Below are positions 31,516-40,773 of a stretch of 61,973 nt of DNA, in pieces. Position 1 is the first letter of the stretch. Each line of letters starts with the position of its first letter. Under the pieces are notes generated by a model. That model did not search any database. It had not been told where the DNA came from and saw only the letters and a list, made by a program, of their open reading frames with translations. The position numbers were made by a program, and so were the translations under genes. Origin of the DNA: an uncultured Thioalkalivibrio sp. (lineage in GTDB: Bacteria > Pseudomonadota > Gammaproteobacteria > Steroidobacterales > XN24); contig CAYTXS010000001.1 of assembly GCA_964441585.1 (NCBI GenBank), positions 1 to 61,973 on the forward strand. The letters are read 5' to 3'.

Positions 31516-33597
31516 TCAGTTCACGCGCCAGCCGACTTCGATGAACAGGCTGCGGTCCCGGCCGGGAAAGTATCGATACTCGCCGAAGGCGAAGTCGGCC
31601 CGTTCCGCATACTCGGTATTGGTCACGTTGTGCAGCCGCAAGGCGACGTAGAGGCCCTGGCGGAGGGGCTGCGTGAGCCGCATGTGCAGCAGGTCATGGC
31701 CCGCGTAGCGCGCTGAATTCGCGGCATTCAGCCAGTAGGGCCCCATCGAGATCCACTCGAGTTCGGCGCTCAGCCCGCGCGGACCTTCCCAGCCGAGCCG
31801 CGTGCTGCCGAAGCGCCGCGGCGCGGAATCCGCATCGTTTCCCGAGACGATGATCTCGCCACGTCCGACGTCCCGATCGAAACGCCAGGTGTGGCGCGCG
31901 AAGTTGAGATCCGTCTCCAGCCGCAGCCGCTCGCTCAGCTGCCACTGCAATGAGACTTCCACTCCTACGTGGCGAGTCCGTCCGTCGGCGACGTTGAACC
32001 CATCGCCGTCGCGGAAGATGAAATTCTGCTTGTCCATGCGGTAGGCCGCCAGTTCCCAGGCCAGCGTTCCCGCGTAACCACGCCACCCGATCTCCAGGCT
32101 GTCGATGGTCTCGCTCGAGAGGTCGGCCACGACCTGGCCGCTCTGCAGGCGGTACAACTCGGTCGCCTGGGGGGCGCGGAAGCCGCGTCGCGCGGCCACC
32201 CAGGCCAGCTGGCGCGCTGCCGGCCGCCAGCCGAGCGTCAGCTTGGGTGCCAGGTTGTCGAAGCGGTCGTCGCGATCGGCGGGGCGCGTGTAGAGGCAGC
32301 CGCCGGGGCATTCGCTGCCGTCGTCACGAGTGTTGCCGTCGAGCATGCGGTTGTCGTAGTCATAGCTGAGGCTTTCGCCTCGGAGCCCGAGCCCCAGGCT
32401 CCATCGATCTCCCAGGGGGCGCTCCCAGTGCAGCCAGGGCGCCAGGCTGCGCGCGCGGACCTCGTAATCATAGTGCTTGCCAGCCGGGCGCCGCGCGGCG
32501 ACAGGCGGCGGCAGCCCCGTGGTCGGGCCGGACTGGGACTGCTCCAGGTAGCCGGTGGCGATCTCCGCATCGATGCCGTAGTGCAGCATGCCGCCGGCGG
32601 CAGCACGCCGCGCCGTGACCTGGACGCCGCCGCTGACCTGGCCGTTGTCCTCCAGCGGCTGGCCGGGGAGGAAGTGCTGCAAAAAACGCATTTCGCTGGC
32701 GCGCAGATACGGCCGGATCTCGACTCGCCGCGCGCCGTTATCGCGCCGCCAGGCACCGGCGATCCGCAGGCTGTCGGCCTCGCGAAATGCCTCCGGGTTC
32801 GGGTTGCTCCGGCGGGTCGCGGCGTCGCGATAGGCGCGGAATCCCTCGATGAAGCCGGCCGTCTCCTGGTCGAGCGCGGTGGCGGCGACCGAGATCTCGC
32901 GCTCCGTATCGCCCGCGCGTGCCCGCCAGATACCATTGACCTTGGCCTGCTCGTAACCGGTGGCCCTCCGCCATCCGCCGTCGTGAGCGAGCTGGCCGGT
33001 GACACGAAATCCGCGCGCGCCGTCCCAGCGCCCGCCGCTGAATCGCCCGCGCAGGTAATCCGCGGGGCCGCCGTCGATGGCCAAGTAATCGCGCCCCTCT
33101 CCCGGCGCGGGCATCAGGACGTTGACGATGCCGTGCAGCGCGTTGGAACCGTACAGCGAACTGCCGGGCCCCCGAATCACTTCGATCGCCTGTGCCTGGG
33201 CGAGGTTGAGTTCGAAGAGTTGATTGACGTTGCAGAATCCGGCCGGCCGAGACGGAATACCGTCCTCCAGGAACAGGAATGCACCGCAGGCGCCCGGTCC
33301 CGACAACACCGGAGAGCGGATCGCGACCAGGCTTTCCTGTCCGCTATTGCGGGTGATCCAGGTGCCCGGCACGCGCCAGAAAAGCTCCGAGGCATGGGTG
33401 GGCGCGACGGTCTCGATGCTTTCTGCGCCGATCAGGCCCGCGTTGCCGGGTGTGGCCACGATCGGGGCGGCGGAGCGCGTCGCCGTGACGGTGACAGGAT
33501 CCAGTTCCGTAGCGGCGGCACGCGTCCCGAGCAACGCGGCGACGACTATGACGAAGGCCCGCGTGGCGCCGGACCCGGCGGAAAACCCTTTCTGCAT
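31516..33597 (-). CDS. TonB-dependent receptor
   Basis: Signal peptide, TonB box DPVTVTATR, plug end IEVIRGPGSSLYGSNALHG, C-terminal NVTNTEY...GRDRSLFIEVGWR. Confidence 0.92.
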   Translation of the reverse strand: MQKGFSAGSGATRAFVIVVAALLGTRAAATELDPVTVTATRSAAPIVATPGNAGLIGAESIETVAPTHASELFWRVPGTWITRNSGQESLVAIRSPVLSGPGACGAFLFLEDGIPSRPAGFCNVNQLFELNLAQAQAIEVIRGPGSSLYGSNALHGIVNVLMPAPGEGRDYLAIDGGPADYLRGRFSGGRWDGARGFRVTGQLAHDGGWRRATGYEQAKVNGIWRARAGDTEREISVAATALDQETAGFIEGFRAYRDAATRRSNPNPEAFREADSLRIAGAWRRDNGARRVEIRPYLRASEMRFLQHFLPGQPLEDNGQVSGGVQVTARRAAAGGMLHYGIDAEIATGYLEQSQSGPTTGLPPPVAARRPAGKHYDYEVRARSLAPWLHWERPLGDRWSLGLGLRGESLSYDYDNRMLDGNTRDDGSECPGGCLYTRPADRDDRFDNLAPKLTLGWRPAARQLAWVAARRGFRAPQATELYRLQSGQVVADLSSETIDSLEIGWRGYAGTLAWELAAYRMDKQNFIFRDGDGFNVADGRTRHVGVEVSLQWQLSERLRLETDLNFARHTWRFDRDVGRGEIIVSGNDADSAPRRFGSTRLGWEGPRGLSAELEWISMGPYWLNAANSARYAGHDLLHMRLTQPLRQGLYVALRLHNVTNTEYAERADFAFGEYRYFPGRDRSLFIEVGWRVN

Positions 33598-33600
33598 GGT

Positions 33601-33864
33601 TCAGTCGGCGGCGGTCTCGCGGTTGACCCGCTCGATGATGAAAGTCGGCTGGTCGCCTTTGCGGTAGTAGGTGAACTGGCGGCGCAACTGCTCGATCTTC
33701 TGCTCGCGGTCCGCTTCACTGGCAAACCAGTGGTACTCGTGCCAGTCGTCCCCGAGGATCGGGCGCATCGGATCGTTTTCCGGCAGGCTCAGGCGCACCC
33801 CCCAGGCTTTCGGCGCCTGCGGCAGAGGTCGGCTGCGATTGTGCTCGTGACAGGCGTCGTTCAT
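33601..33864 (-). CDS. Small hypothetical protein
   Basis: 87 aa, protein-like composition (DPMRPILGDDWHEYHWF..YYRKGDQP); 3 bp from the TonB receptor start. Confidence 0.65.
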   Translation of the reverse strand: MNDACHEHNRSRPLPQAPKAWGVRLSLPENDPMRPILGDDWHEYHWFASEADREQKIEQLRRQFTYYRKGDQPTFIIERVNRETAAD

Positions 33865-33908
33865 GGTGCGGACTCTGGCGGTTGTCGTGCCACCATTATT
33901 GATGCCGA

Positions 33909-33949
33909 CGGACCCGGAAGCCAGCCTTGAGCTTGGCTTCCCGGGTCCG
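33909..33949. repeat. Long imperfect inverted repeat between divergent genes
   Basis: CGGACCCGGAAGCCAGC / GCTTGGCTTCCCGGGTCCG, about 17 bp stem with two single-nt bulges. Confidence 0.7.
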
Positions 33950-33969
33950 CGTCACGGAGAATGCACCCC

Positions 33970-36900
33970 ATGACGGAAACCGGCGATATCCCGAACCGCG
34001 ACGCCCGGGAGCCTGCGCGGCCGATCCGCGGCCGCCGCGCGGAAGATTTTTTCGTCGCGGGTGGCCCGGTAGCCCCCGATCGTCCGTGTTACATCACCCG
34101 GCCTACCGACCGGGAGCTCCTCGAGCGCCTGGCCGCACGGGACTATTGCCATGTCATTGCGCCACGTTTCTCTGGCAAGAGCAGCCTGGTGGCACGTGCG
34201 GCGAGCCGCCTGCGTGCCGAAGGGCAGCTGGCGGCCATCATCGATGTTTCCCAGCTCGGCAGCCGCGACGGTTCCACCGACGTCGGCCGCTGGTATTACG
34301 GCCTGGCTTACCGGGTGCTGCGTGATCTGCGCCTGAAGCTCGACCTGCAGGACTGGTGGCAGGAGCGCATGCCGCTGTCGCCCGCCCAGCGCCTGGGTGA
34401 GTTCTTCTGGGAGATCGTGCTCGGCGCAACCCGCGCGCCGGTGACGATCTTTCTCGACGAAATCGACAGCGTCGAGCAGCTCGACTATGCGACCGAACTG
34501 TTCGGCATCGTCCGGGGCTGTCATGACGCGCGGGCCGGAGAGCCGGAATACCATCGCTTGTCCTTCGTCCTCCTCGGCGCAGCCCTGCCTGCCGGAAAGG
34601 CGCGGCGCGCCGGCCTCGCGGCCGCTGAGATCGGCGTGGGCCTCGAGCTGCCGGACTTCCGTTTCGACGCGGCGCGACCACTGGCGGACGGGCTCGGCCT
34701 GCCGGCGGGAGACGCCGAGCGGGCGCTCTACCGGATCTTCTACTGGACCTCGGGTCATCCTTACCTGACCCAGAAGCTCTGCCAGGCGGTGGCGCGCAGC
34801 GCCGTGCCCGTCAGTTCCGACGAGGCCGTGGACAAGCTGGTCGCGGCACGGTTCTTCACGCGTAACGCCATCACCCGGGAGACCAGCACGAGTCGCGTGC
34901 TGGACAGCCTGGATCGGGCCCACGAGCTGGCCCGCCCCGCGCTGCGGCTGTACAAGCGCATCCGCCGGGAGCGCCGGCCGAAGTACGAGGCCGGCAATCC
35001 GAAGCACGAGCTGCTGCGCGTATGCGGCCTGGTCAAGGTGACGGACGAACGTCGCCTGGTGGTGAGAAACCGAATCTACGCCGAGGTGTTTTCGCATCGC
35101 TGGGCGCGCGAGTCCTTGCCGCCCGAATGGGGCAAGTACGGGCGGGTCGCCGCGCTCGTGCTGCTCGCTCTGGGCAGCGTATGGGCTTACGTCGAAGTCC
35201 TGCCACGGCCTTACGAGCAAACGTTGCGCGTCGCTTCGGTCGAACTGGAGGAGGCGACGGAGGCCTGGTCGGCGATGCGCCGCATTCCCGGCTTCGCGTC
35301 GCGCGCGGATCGACTGCTCGCTCGCGTGCTGACTCGCCAGGGGCGACAGACAGCGGCCTGGCCGGACATGGTGCTGATCGACGAGCGGATGCGCGCCTTG
35401 CCCGGTTACGAGGCGCGCGCCGATGCGCTGCTGGTGGATTACTGGGAGCGTCGGGCCGCGCTCGCCGAGGCCGTCGAGCAGCGGGACGAGGCCCTGCTGT
35501 ACCGCCTGCGCGCCAATGTGGCCGGACCGACGGCTGATGCCGGGCGTGCGATCGAACTGGCGGAAGGAGGCTATCGGCAGCTCCAGACCGTGGTCCGTCC
35601 CGCCGGCATGGTCGAGGCGGTCGCGCCGGCCGACGGGCGCACCGTCGTTACCCTGTCCGCGGGCAACATCGTGGAGCGCTGGGACCGGGCGACCGGTTTG
35701 CCGACGGGACCGGCAGCACTTCCGCTGCTCGCCGAGGAATTCGTTACGGTGCGAAGACGCCTCAGCCTGGAAGCCGATGGACAGGTCACCCGGGTCGCGG
35801 TCGAGTTGCGCCTGGATCATCCGCGCCCGCAGGATTTGCAGGCCTTGCTGGTCGCGCCATCGGGTCGCACGGCCCCGTTGCCGCTGGGCGACATTGCCGC
35901 GACGGGCGGCGTGCTGCTGATCGACGAGGCGCGCGCACGCGGATTACGTGCGCTGCGTGGCGAGCCGACGCTCGGCACCTGGCAACTTGAAATCACCGAT
36001 CGGGCAGGCGGGGAGCCGGGTTTCCTGCGCGGCTGGAGCCTGAGTGTCTCTGCGGATCCTGGGCATCGTGCCCAGGACATTCCGGAGAATCCTTTATTGC
36101 TGCCGGGGCCCAGCCTGACCTCCGCGGTGCAGGCCGCCCTGGCTCCTCGTGGTTCGGTCGTTGCGGCTTTGCCCCGCAACGTGGCGGCGAGCGGCCGGTT
36201 GCAATTCTGGGATGTGAACGCAGCCGTGTCGCTGGGACGTTTCGACGTGACAGCGGCCGAACGATGGATCGGATTTGCCGACGAGCGCACTTTCATGCTC
36301 CTGGAGCGTGGCTCGGCGGGAGATGCCCTGCGCGTGCTGGAGGTCGATGGCAGCGAGCGCTTCAGCTATAGCGCGCCCGGCGGCTTCGTCAGTGCACCGG
36401 CCGTGTCGCCGGACGGCCGTTACGTGGCGATGGCTGAGGCCGAGTTGCGCAGTGCCTGGATCGTGGAACTCGAATCGGGCCGCGAGGTGTTCCGGCTGGG
36501 CGGCGCCGCGGAAGTGGCGGCCCTCGCGGTGTCGCCGGGCGCCCTTTTGCTGGCAGTCGCGGATCGTGGCGAGGTCGTGCGCGTCTGGCATGCGACCGAC
36601 GGCATGTTGCTGGATGAGCTGATTCCGGGCGGGCCCGTCGTCGCGCTCGGCTTCGATCCTTCCGGGCGCTACCTTGCAAGCGTGGACGAGCGGGGCGAGC
36701 GGCGCGTCTGGGATCTCGCTGCGTCACGGGCGGAACTCGCGCTGGTCCGCCCCGGCGGTGACCGGGCGCCGTTCGGTTTCGATCCGGGCGGGCGACGCGT
36801 TGCGCTGCCCGCCTCGGCCGGGGCATATGAGGTCTGGGCGCTTCCAGAGAGGGCGCCGCGCGAGCCGCTTCTCGCGCAGGGCAACGATGCCGGAAGCGTG

Positions 36901-38067
36901 GTCAGCCAGGGCGCGGAGGATCGAATGACGCGGCACGCGAGTCTGTTCACGGAGCACGAAGAACTGCTCACGGGTCATGGGACGCGGAGCCTGCGGATCT
37001 GGTCGCTGGGCGGCGCATCCCCGGCGGCCGAGTTGCCGCGCATGGCGCCGGTGGTTGCGCTGGCCGCTTCGGGCCTGCGGGTGGGCGCGGGACTGCCGGA
37101 CGGGCGGGTACGGCTGCGAACGCGCGATCCTTACTCGCTGGAACTGCGCCAGACGGTGGTCACCGGGGGTGAAGCGCGCCATGGCGGTCCGGTGACGGCG
37201 ATGGCTTTTTCGCCTGATGGCGATCGTGTCGCCAGTGTCGGCGCCGACGGCAGCGTGTTGTTGTGGGATGCCGGCAGCGGCGCTCCGATCGGTGCATTGT
37301 TCCAGCATGGCAGCGGCGACGTGCACAGCGTCGACCTCGGTCCCGACGGGCGCCGCCTGCTCACTGCGGGCGCACTCGGCGCGCGCAGCTGGGACGCGGA
37401 GAGCGGCCAGCCGGGCGCAGCCCTGGGTGCGGGGCGGGCCGTCAACGTCGTCGCCTTCGATCCCTCGGGGTTGCGGGCCTTCACCGGGACGCCCGCCGGC
37501 GACGTGGAAAGCTGGGATGTGGCCAGCGGCGAGCGGCTCTGGTCGGATACCCTGGACGAGCCCGTCACCCGGCTCGCGGTCAGCCATGACGGCCGCAGCA
37601 TCGCCGTGGCCGGCGCCGCCGGGCTGGTGCGCGCGTGGGGGCTGGACACCGCTGGCCGCGTGTTGAGCGCGACGCTCGCGGCGCCGGTGCAAAGCCTGCA
37701 GTTTTCGCCCGACGGCACGACGTTGCTGGCACAGACGGACGCCTGGATTCATCGCCTCGAGCCGGCCGATGGCAGGCTCGTGGTGACGACCAGCCGGCTG
37801 CTGTCGGCCGAGATGCCCCCCGCCGCATGGCGCAGCGGAGCGCCCGACGGTTCACGCATCGTATTCGTCGGGGGATCCGACAGCGGCGAAATGAAGCTGT
37901 TCGACCTGGAGCGCACCCCCCCGCCGCCCGAGGAATGGCAACCCGATCTGGCCCGATGGCAGCAGAAACTGAAGCTTTATTTCTCTGCCGACGGGGAGCT
38001 GCGCGCCGGGGGCGGGTTACCATCCCCCGCGCCCGCCGGCAGTCCGCCGCCCGCCGATGCGCTATGA
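33970..38067 (+). CDS. AAA_35-like (STAND-related) NTPase + TM helix + proprotein-convertase P-domain + WD40 repeats
   Basis: Walker A APRFSGKSS (34159-34185), Walker B IFLDEID, WTSGHPYLTQKLC, RNRIY; TM about 35146-35193; P-domain about 35750-36050; WD repeats such as HGGPVTAMAFSPDGDRVASVGADGSVLLWD. GGAGA RBS favours the ATG at 33970. Confidence 0.85.
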   Translation: MTETGDIPNRDAREPARPIRGRRAEDFFVAGGPVAPDRPCYITRPTDRELLERLAARDYCHVIAPRFSGKSSLVARAASRLRAEGQLAAIIDVSQLGSRDGSTDVGRWYYGLAYRVLRDLRLKLDLQDWWQERMPLSPAQRLGEFFWEIVLGATRAPVTIFLDEIDSVEQLDYATELFGIVRGCHDARAGEPEYHRLSFVLLGAALPAGKARRAGLAAAEIGVGLELPDFRFDAARPLADGLGLPAGDAERALYRIFYWTSGHPYLTQKLCQAVARSAVPVSSDEAVDKLVAARFFTRNAITRETSTSRVLDSLDRAHELARPALRLYKRIRRERRPKYEAGNPKHELLRVCGLVKVTDERRLVVRNRIYAEVFSHRWARESLPPEWGKYGRVAALVLLALGSVWAYVEVLPRPYEQTLRVASVELEEATEAWSAMRRIPGFASRADRLLARVLTRQGRQTAAWPDMVLIDERMRALPGYEARADALLVDYWERRAALAEAVEQRDEALLYRLRANVAGPTADAGRAIELAEGGYRQLQTVVRPAGMVEAVAPADGRTVVTLSAGNIVERWDRATGLPTGPAALPLLAEEFVTVRRRLSLEADGQVTRVAVELRLDHPRPQDLQALLVAPSGRTAPLPLGDIAATGGVLLIDEARARGLRALRGEPTLGTWQLEITDRAGGEPGFLRGWSLSVSADPGHRAQDIPENPLLLPGPSLTSAVQAALAPRGSVVAALPRNVAASGRLQFWDVNAAVSLGRFDVTAAERWIGFADERTFMLLERGSAGDALRVLEVDGSERFSYSAPGGFVSAPAVSPDGRYVAMAEAELRSAWIVELESGREVFRLGGAAEVAALAVSPGALLLAVADRGEVVRVWHATDGMLLDELIPGGPVVALGFDPSGRYLASVDERGERRVWDLAASRAELALVRPGGDRAPFGFDPGGRRVALPASAGAYEVWALPERAPREPLLAQGNDAGSVVSQGAEDRMTRHASLFTEHEELLTGHGTRSLRIWSLGGASPAAELPRMAPVVALAASGLRVGAGLPDGRVRLRTRDPYSLELRQTVVTGGEARHGGPVTAMAFSPDGDRVASVGADGSVLLWDAGSGAPIGALFQHGSGDVHSVDLGPDGRRLLTAGALGARSWDAESGQPGAALGAGRAVNVVAFDPSGLRAFTGTPAGDVESWDVASGERLWSDTLDEPVTRLAVSHDGRSIAVAGAAGLVRAWGLDTAGRVLSATLAAPVQSLQFSPDGTTLLAQTDAWIHRLEPADGRLVVTTSRLLSAEMPPAAWRSGAPDGSRIVFVGGSDSGEMKLFDLERTPPPPEEWQPDLARWQQKLKLYFSADGELRAGGGLPSPAPAGSPPPADAL

Positions 38068-38143
38068 ATGTGACGCGGTGCGCGGCACGAGTTCATCGTC
38101 GAAAGCTACACTGATGTTTTCGCGGTCACCGCGAGGATCGAAC

Positions 38144-38617
38144 ATGAGAACTGCGTTGCTGGTGCTGGGCGCCTCCCTGTTACTGGGTGGATGCGCGGAG
38201 AAAAAGACCCTTTCCGTGGTGGATTTCCTGGACAACGAGGCCGTGCTCTACGGCACTCTGACCCGTTGCCAGGAAGATCCCTCCGCCATGGATCCCCGGG
38301 AATGTGCCAACGCGCGCCAGGCGGCAGAGCGCATTGCGGCGATCGAGGAACGCACCATGCGCGAGGCCCGCGAGCAGGCGTTCGAAAACGCGCGGGCAGA
38401 ATATCGGGAGCAGCTGGAGCAGGAGCGTGAATTGCGCATCCGGGCCGAGGAAGAGGCGGAGGCAGCGCGCCTGGAGGCCCTGACCACCTCGAGTGAGGGT
38501 CCGGCGGACGTCGGGACTGCGGACAGCGGCGCGGTCGGGGTCACCGACGAAGCGGTCCCCGCAGACGCAGCACCTCCCGAGCCCGACAGTCAGCCCGCGG
38601 GGGAACCGCCGGGCTGA
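38144..38617 (+). CDS. EexN-like lipoprotein with coiled-coil and acidic tail
   Basis: Lipobox LGGC; SVVDFLDN...RCQEDP...ECANARQA two-Cys pattern; GAGGA RBS. Confidence 0.65.
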   Translation: MRTALLVLGASLLLGGCAEKKTLSVVDFLDNEAVLYGTLTRCQEDPSAMDPRECANARQAAERIAAIEERTMREAREQAFENARAEYREQLEQERELRIRAEEEAEAARLEALTTSSEGPADVGTADSGAVGVTDEAVPADAAPPEPDSQPAGEPPG

Positions 38618-38660
38618 CCCTTCGGGATGATGTCCCGCCTCGCCGCCGCGCGCTTGTCCC

Positions 38661-39767
38661 TCAGTTGCGATCGACGCAGTTGAGGTCCGCGAAAGCCTCC
38701 TGCAGCCGGTTCACCATGGACTTCTCGCCCTCGCGCAGCCAGGCGCGAGGGTCGTAGTACTTCTTGTTCGGCTTGTCGTCTCCGTCGGGATTGCCGATCT
38801 GCTCCTGGAGATAGTCGCGCTTCGCCTCGTAATAGTCGCGCACTCCCATCCATGTCGCCCACTGCGTGTCGGTGTCGATATTCATCTTCACGACCCCGTA
38901 GGAAATAGCCTCGGCGATCTTGTCCTTCTCCGACCCGGAACCACCGTGGAAGACGAAGCTGACCGGCTTGTCGTTCGTGCCATGCACCGCGCTGACGTGC
39001 GCCTGCGAGTTCTTCAGTATCTCGGGTGTCAGCAGCACGTTACCCGGCTTGTAGACGCCATGGACGTTGCCGAACGAGGCCGCGACGGTGAAGTTCGGGC
39101 TGATGGCGGACAGCACGCGGTAGGCGTATTCGACTTCTTCCGGCTGAGTGTAAAGCGCGGAGTTGTCGATCCCCGTGTTGTCCACGCCGTCTTCCTCGCC
39201 GCCGGTCACGCCCAGTTCGATCTCCAGCGTCATGCCCAGCGGCGCCATGCGCTCGAGGTAGGCTGCGCAGGTGTCGATGTTCTCTTCCAGGGGTTCCTCG
39301 GAAAGGTCGAGCATGTGCGAGGAATAGAGCGGTTTACCGGTTTCCGCAAAATGTTTTTCGCCGGCGTCCAGCAACCCATCGATCCAGGGCAGCAGTTTGC
39401 GCGCGCAGTGGTCGGTATGCAGGATCACCGGGACGCCGTAATTCGCGGCCACCGCGTGCACGTAGCGGGCGCCCGCAATGGAGCCGAGAACCGCGGCCTG
39501 GTGCTGGTCGTTCGGCAGGGACTTGCCGGCGAAGAACGTGCCGCCGCCGTTGGAGAACTGGATGATGACCGGGGAGTTCGCCGTGTGCGCTGCTTCCAGC
39601 ACGGCATTGACCGAATTGGAATTGACGACGTTCACGGCCGGCAGCGCGAATCCCTCGGCCTGCGCCAGGCGGAAGATCGCCATGACGGCATCGCCGGTGA
39701 CGACGCCTGGCGAGGCGACGGACAAGACGCGGCGGGAGGCGGAAGGGCTGGTAGATGATTGGGACAT
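38661..39767 (-). CDS. fbaA: Class II fructose-bisphosphate aldolase
   Basis: FALPAVNV, LHTDHCA, GVTGGEEDGVD, FGNVHGVYKPGNV, FHGGSGS, PNKKYYDPR. Confidence 0.96.
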   Translation of the reverse strand: MSQSSTSPSASRRVLSVASPGVVTGDAVMAIFRLAQAEGFALPAVNVVNSNSVNAVLEAAHTANSPVIIQFSNGGGTFFAGKSLPNDQHQAAVLGSIAGARYVHAVAANYGVPVILHTDHCARKLLPWIDGLLDAGEKHFAETGKPLYSSHMLDLSEEPLEENIDTCAAYLERMAPLGMTLEIELGVTGGEEDGVDNTGIDNSALYTQPEEVEYAYRVLSAISPNFTVAASFGNVHGVYKPGNVLLTPEILKNSQAHVSAVHGTNDKPVSFVFHGGSGSEKDKIAEAISYGVVKMNIDTDTQWATWMGVRDYYEAKRDYLQEQIGNPDGDDKPNKKYYDPRAWLREGEKSMVNRLQEAFADLNCVDRN

Positions 39768-39799
39768 GAGTCGGTTCTCCTGCGGGACGAGGCGGGATT

Positions 39800-40573
39800 C
39801 TAGCTGATTGCTCGGGGTGACTTTGCCGGCGACTGCAGCCGGGCTTCGTGGTGCTCGTGATCGTGGCGGGAATGTTCGGCGGGCCCGCCGCCGTGATTGC
39901 CGTGGTCGTGGTTGCCCGTCATGTGCATCAGCGGGGTGGCGGCGGTCCATGCACCGAACGCCACCAGCAACCAGCCCAGCGCCCGCCGCCTGCCGGCGGT
40001 GAGCCATGTGCCGCCGCGACCGGAGGCCCACGTGAGCCCGATCATGGCGGGCGCCGTGCCCAGCCCGAAGACCGCCATGAAGGCTGCGCCATTGAGCGCG
40101 CTGCCGCTGCCGGCTGCCGCTGCCAGCATGCCGTACACGAGGCCGCAGGGCAGCCAGCCCCACAGCGCGCCGAGCGCGAAGCCCTGGCCGGCATGACGTG
40201 GGGGGATTAAACGCCGGGCGAGTGGGGCCAGGCGGCGCCACAGTCCGGCACCGGCGGCTTCCAGCGGCGCGAGCAGCTTGAGGTTCAACGCGACCTGCAG
40301 CCCGAGAATCACGAGCAGCAGGCCCATCACGAGGCGCAGCCACGGGCCGAGCCCCGCCACCCCGGCGAGGCCTGCGCCGATGGCGCCCGCAATGGCGCCG
40401 GCGACCGCATAGCTGGCGACGCGCCCGACGCTGTAGGACACGGCCAGCGAGGTGCGCCCGCCGCCGGCCATACCGAGTGCCCCGGCGATCCCGCCACACA
40501 TGCCGAAACAGTGGACGCTGCCCACCAGTCCTGCGACCAGCGCCGCCAGGAGGCTGGTTTCGAGGCCGCTCAC
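39800..40573 (-). CDS. TauE/SafE-like (DsbD_2) membrane protein of the cbb3 assembly cluster
   Basis: GSVHCFGMCGG, GWLPCGLVY, FGLGTAP; His-rich C-tail. Confidence 0.88.
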   Translation of the reverse strand: MSGLETSLLAALVAGLVGSVHCFGMCGGIAGALGMAGGGRTSLAVSYSVGRVASYAVAGAIAGAIGAGLAGVAGLGPWLRLVMGLLLVILGLQVALNLKLLAPLEAAGAGLWRRLAPLARRLIPPRHAGQGFALGALWGWLPCGLVYGMLAAAAGSGSALNGAAFMAVFGLGTAPAMIGLTWASGRGGTWLTAGRRRALGWLLVAFGAWTAATPLMHMTGNHDHGNHGGGPAEHSRHDHEHHEARLQSPAKSPRAIS

Positions 40574-40773
40574 GGTCGCCGCTCCTCCGGGCTCTCGGCG
40601 TCATCCTTCTCTCCGGGCCGCGGGGGCGGCCGGGTGTCGTCATCCAGCAGGATGCGCCAGCTGGGGCTCTCAAGGTCGTCGAACTGCCCGCTGTCCACCG
40701 CCCAGAAAAACGCCCACAACGCGCCCACCACGATCAGGATGCCCATCGGAATCATGAGGTAGAGGATGCTCAT
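40570..40773 (-). CDS. ccoS: cbb3 oxidase maturation protein CcoS
   Basis: MSILYLMIP...FFWAVDSGQFDDLE. Confidence 0.92.
   Translation of the reverse strand: MSILYLMIPMGILIVVGALWAFFWAVDSGQFDDLESPSWRILLDDDTRPPPRPGEKDDAESPEERRP

Noticed and set aside
36400-37720. Recurring TCGCC(G/C)GACGG-like sequences suggesting a DNA repeat array
   Set aside because: They encode the SPDG turns of WD40 repeats; irregular spacing, no CRISPR-like structure.
38661-40673. Apparent 670-aa aldolase with a long N-terminal extension
   Set aside because: The extension overlaps the TauE-like gene and ccoS in another frame; the real fbaA starts at 39767.
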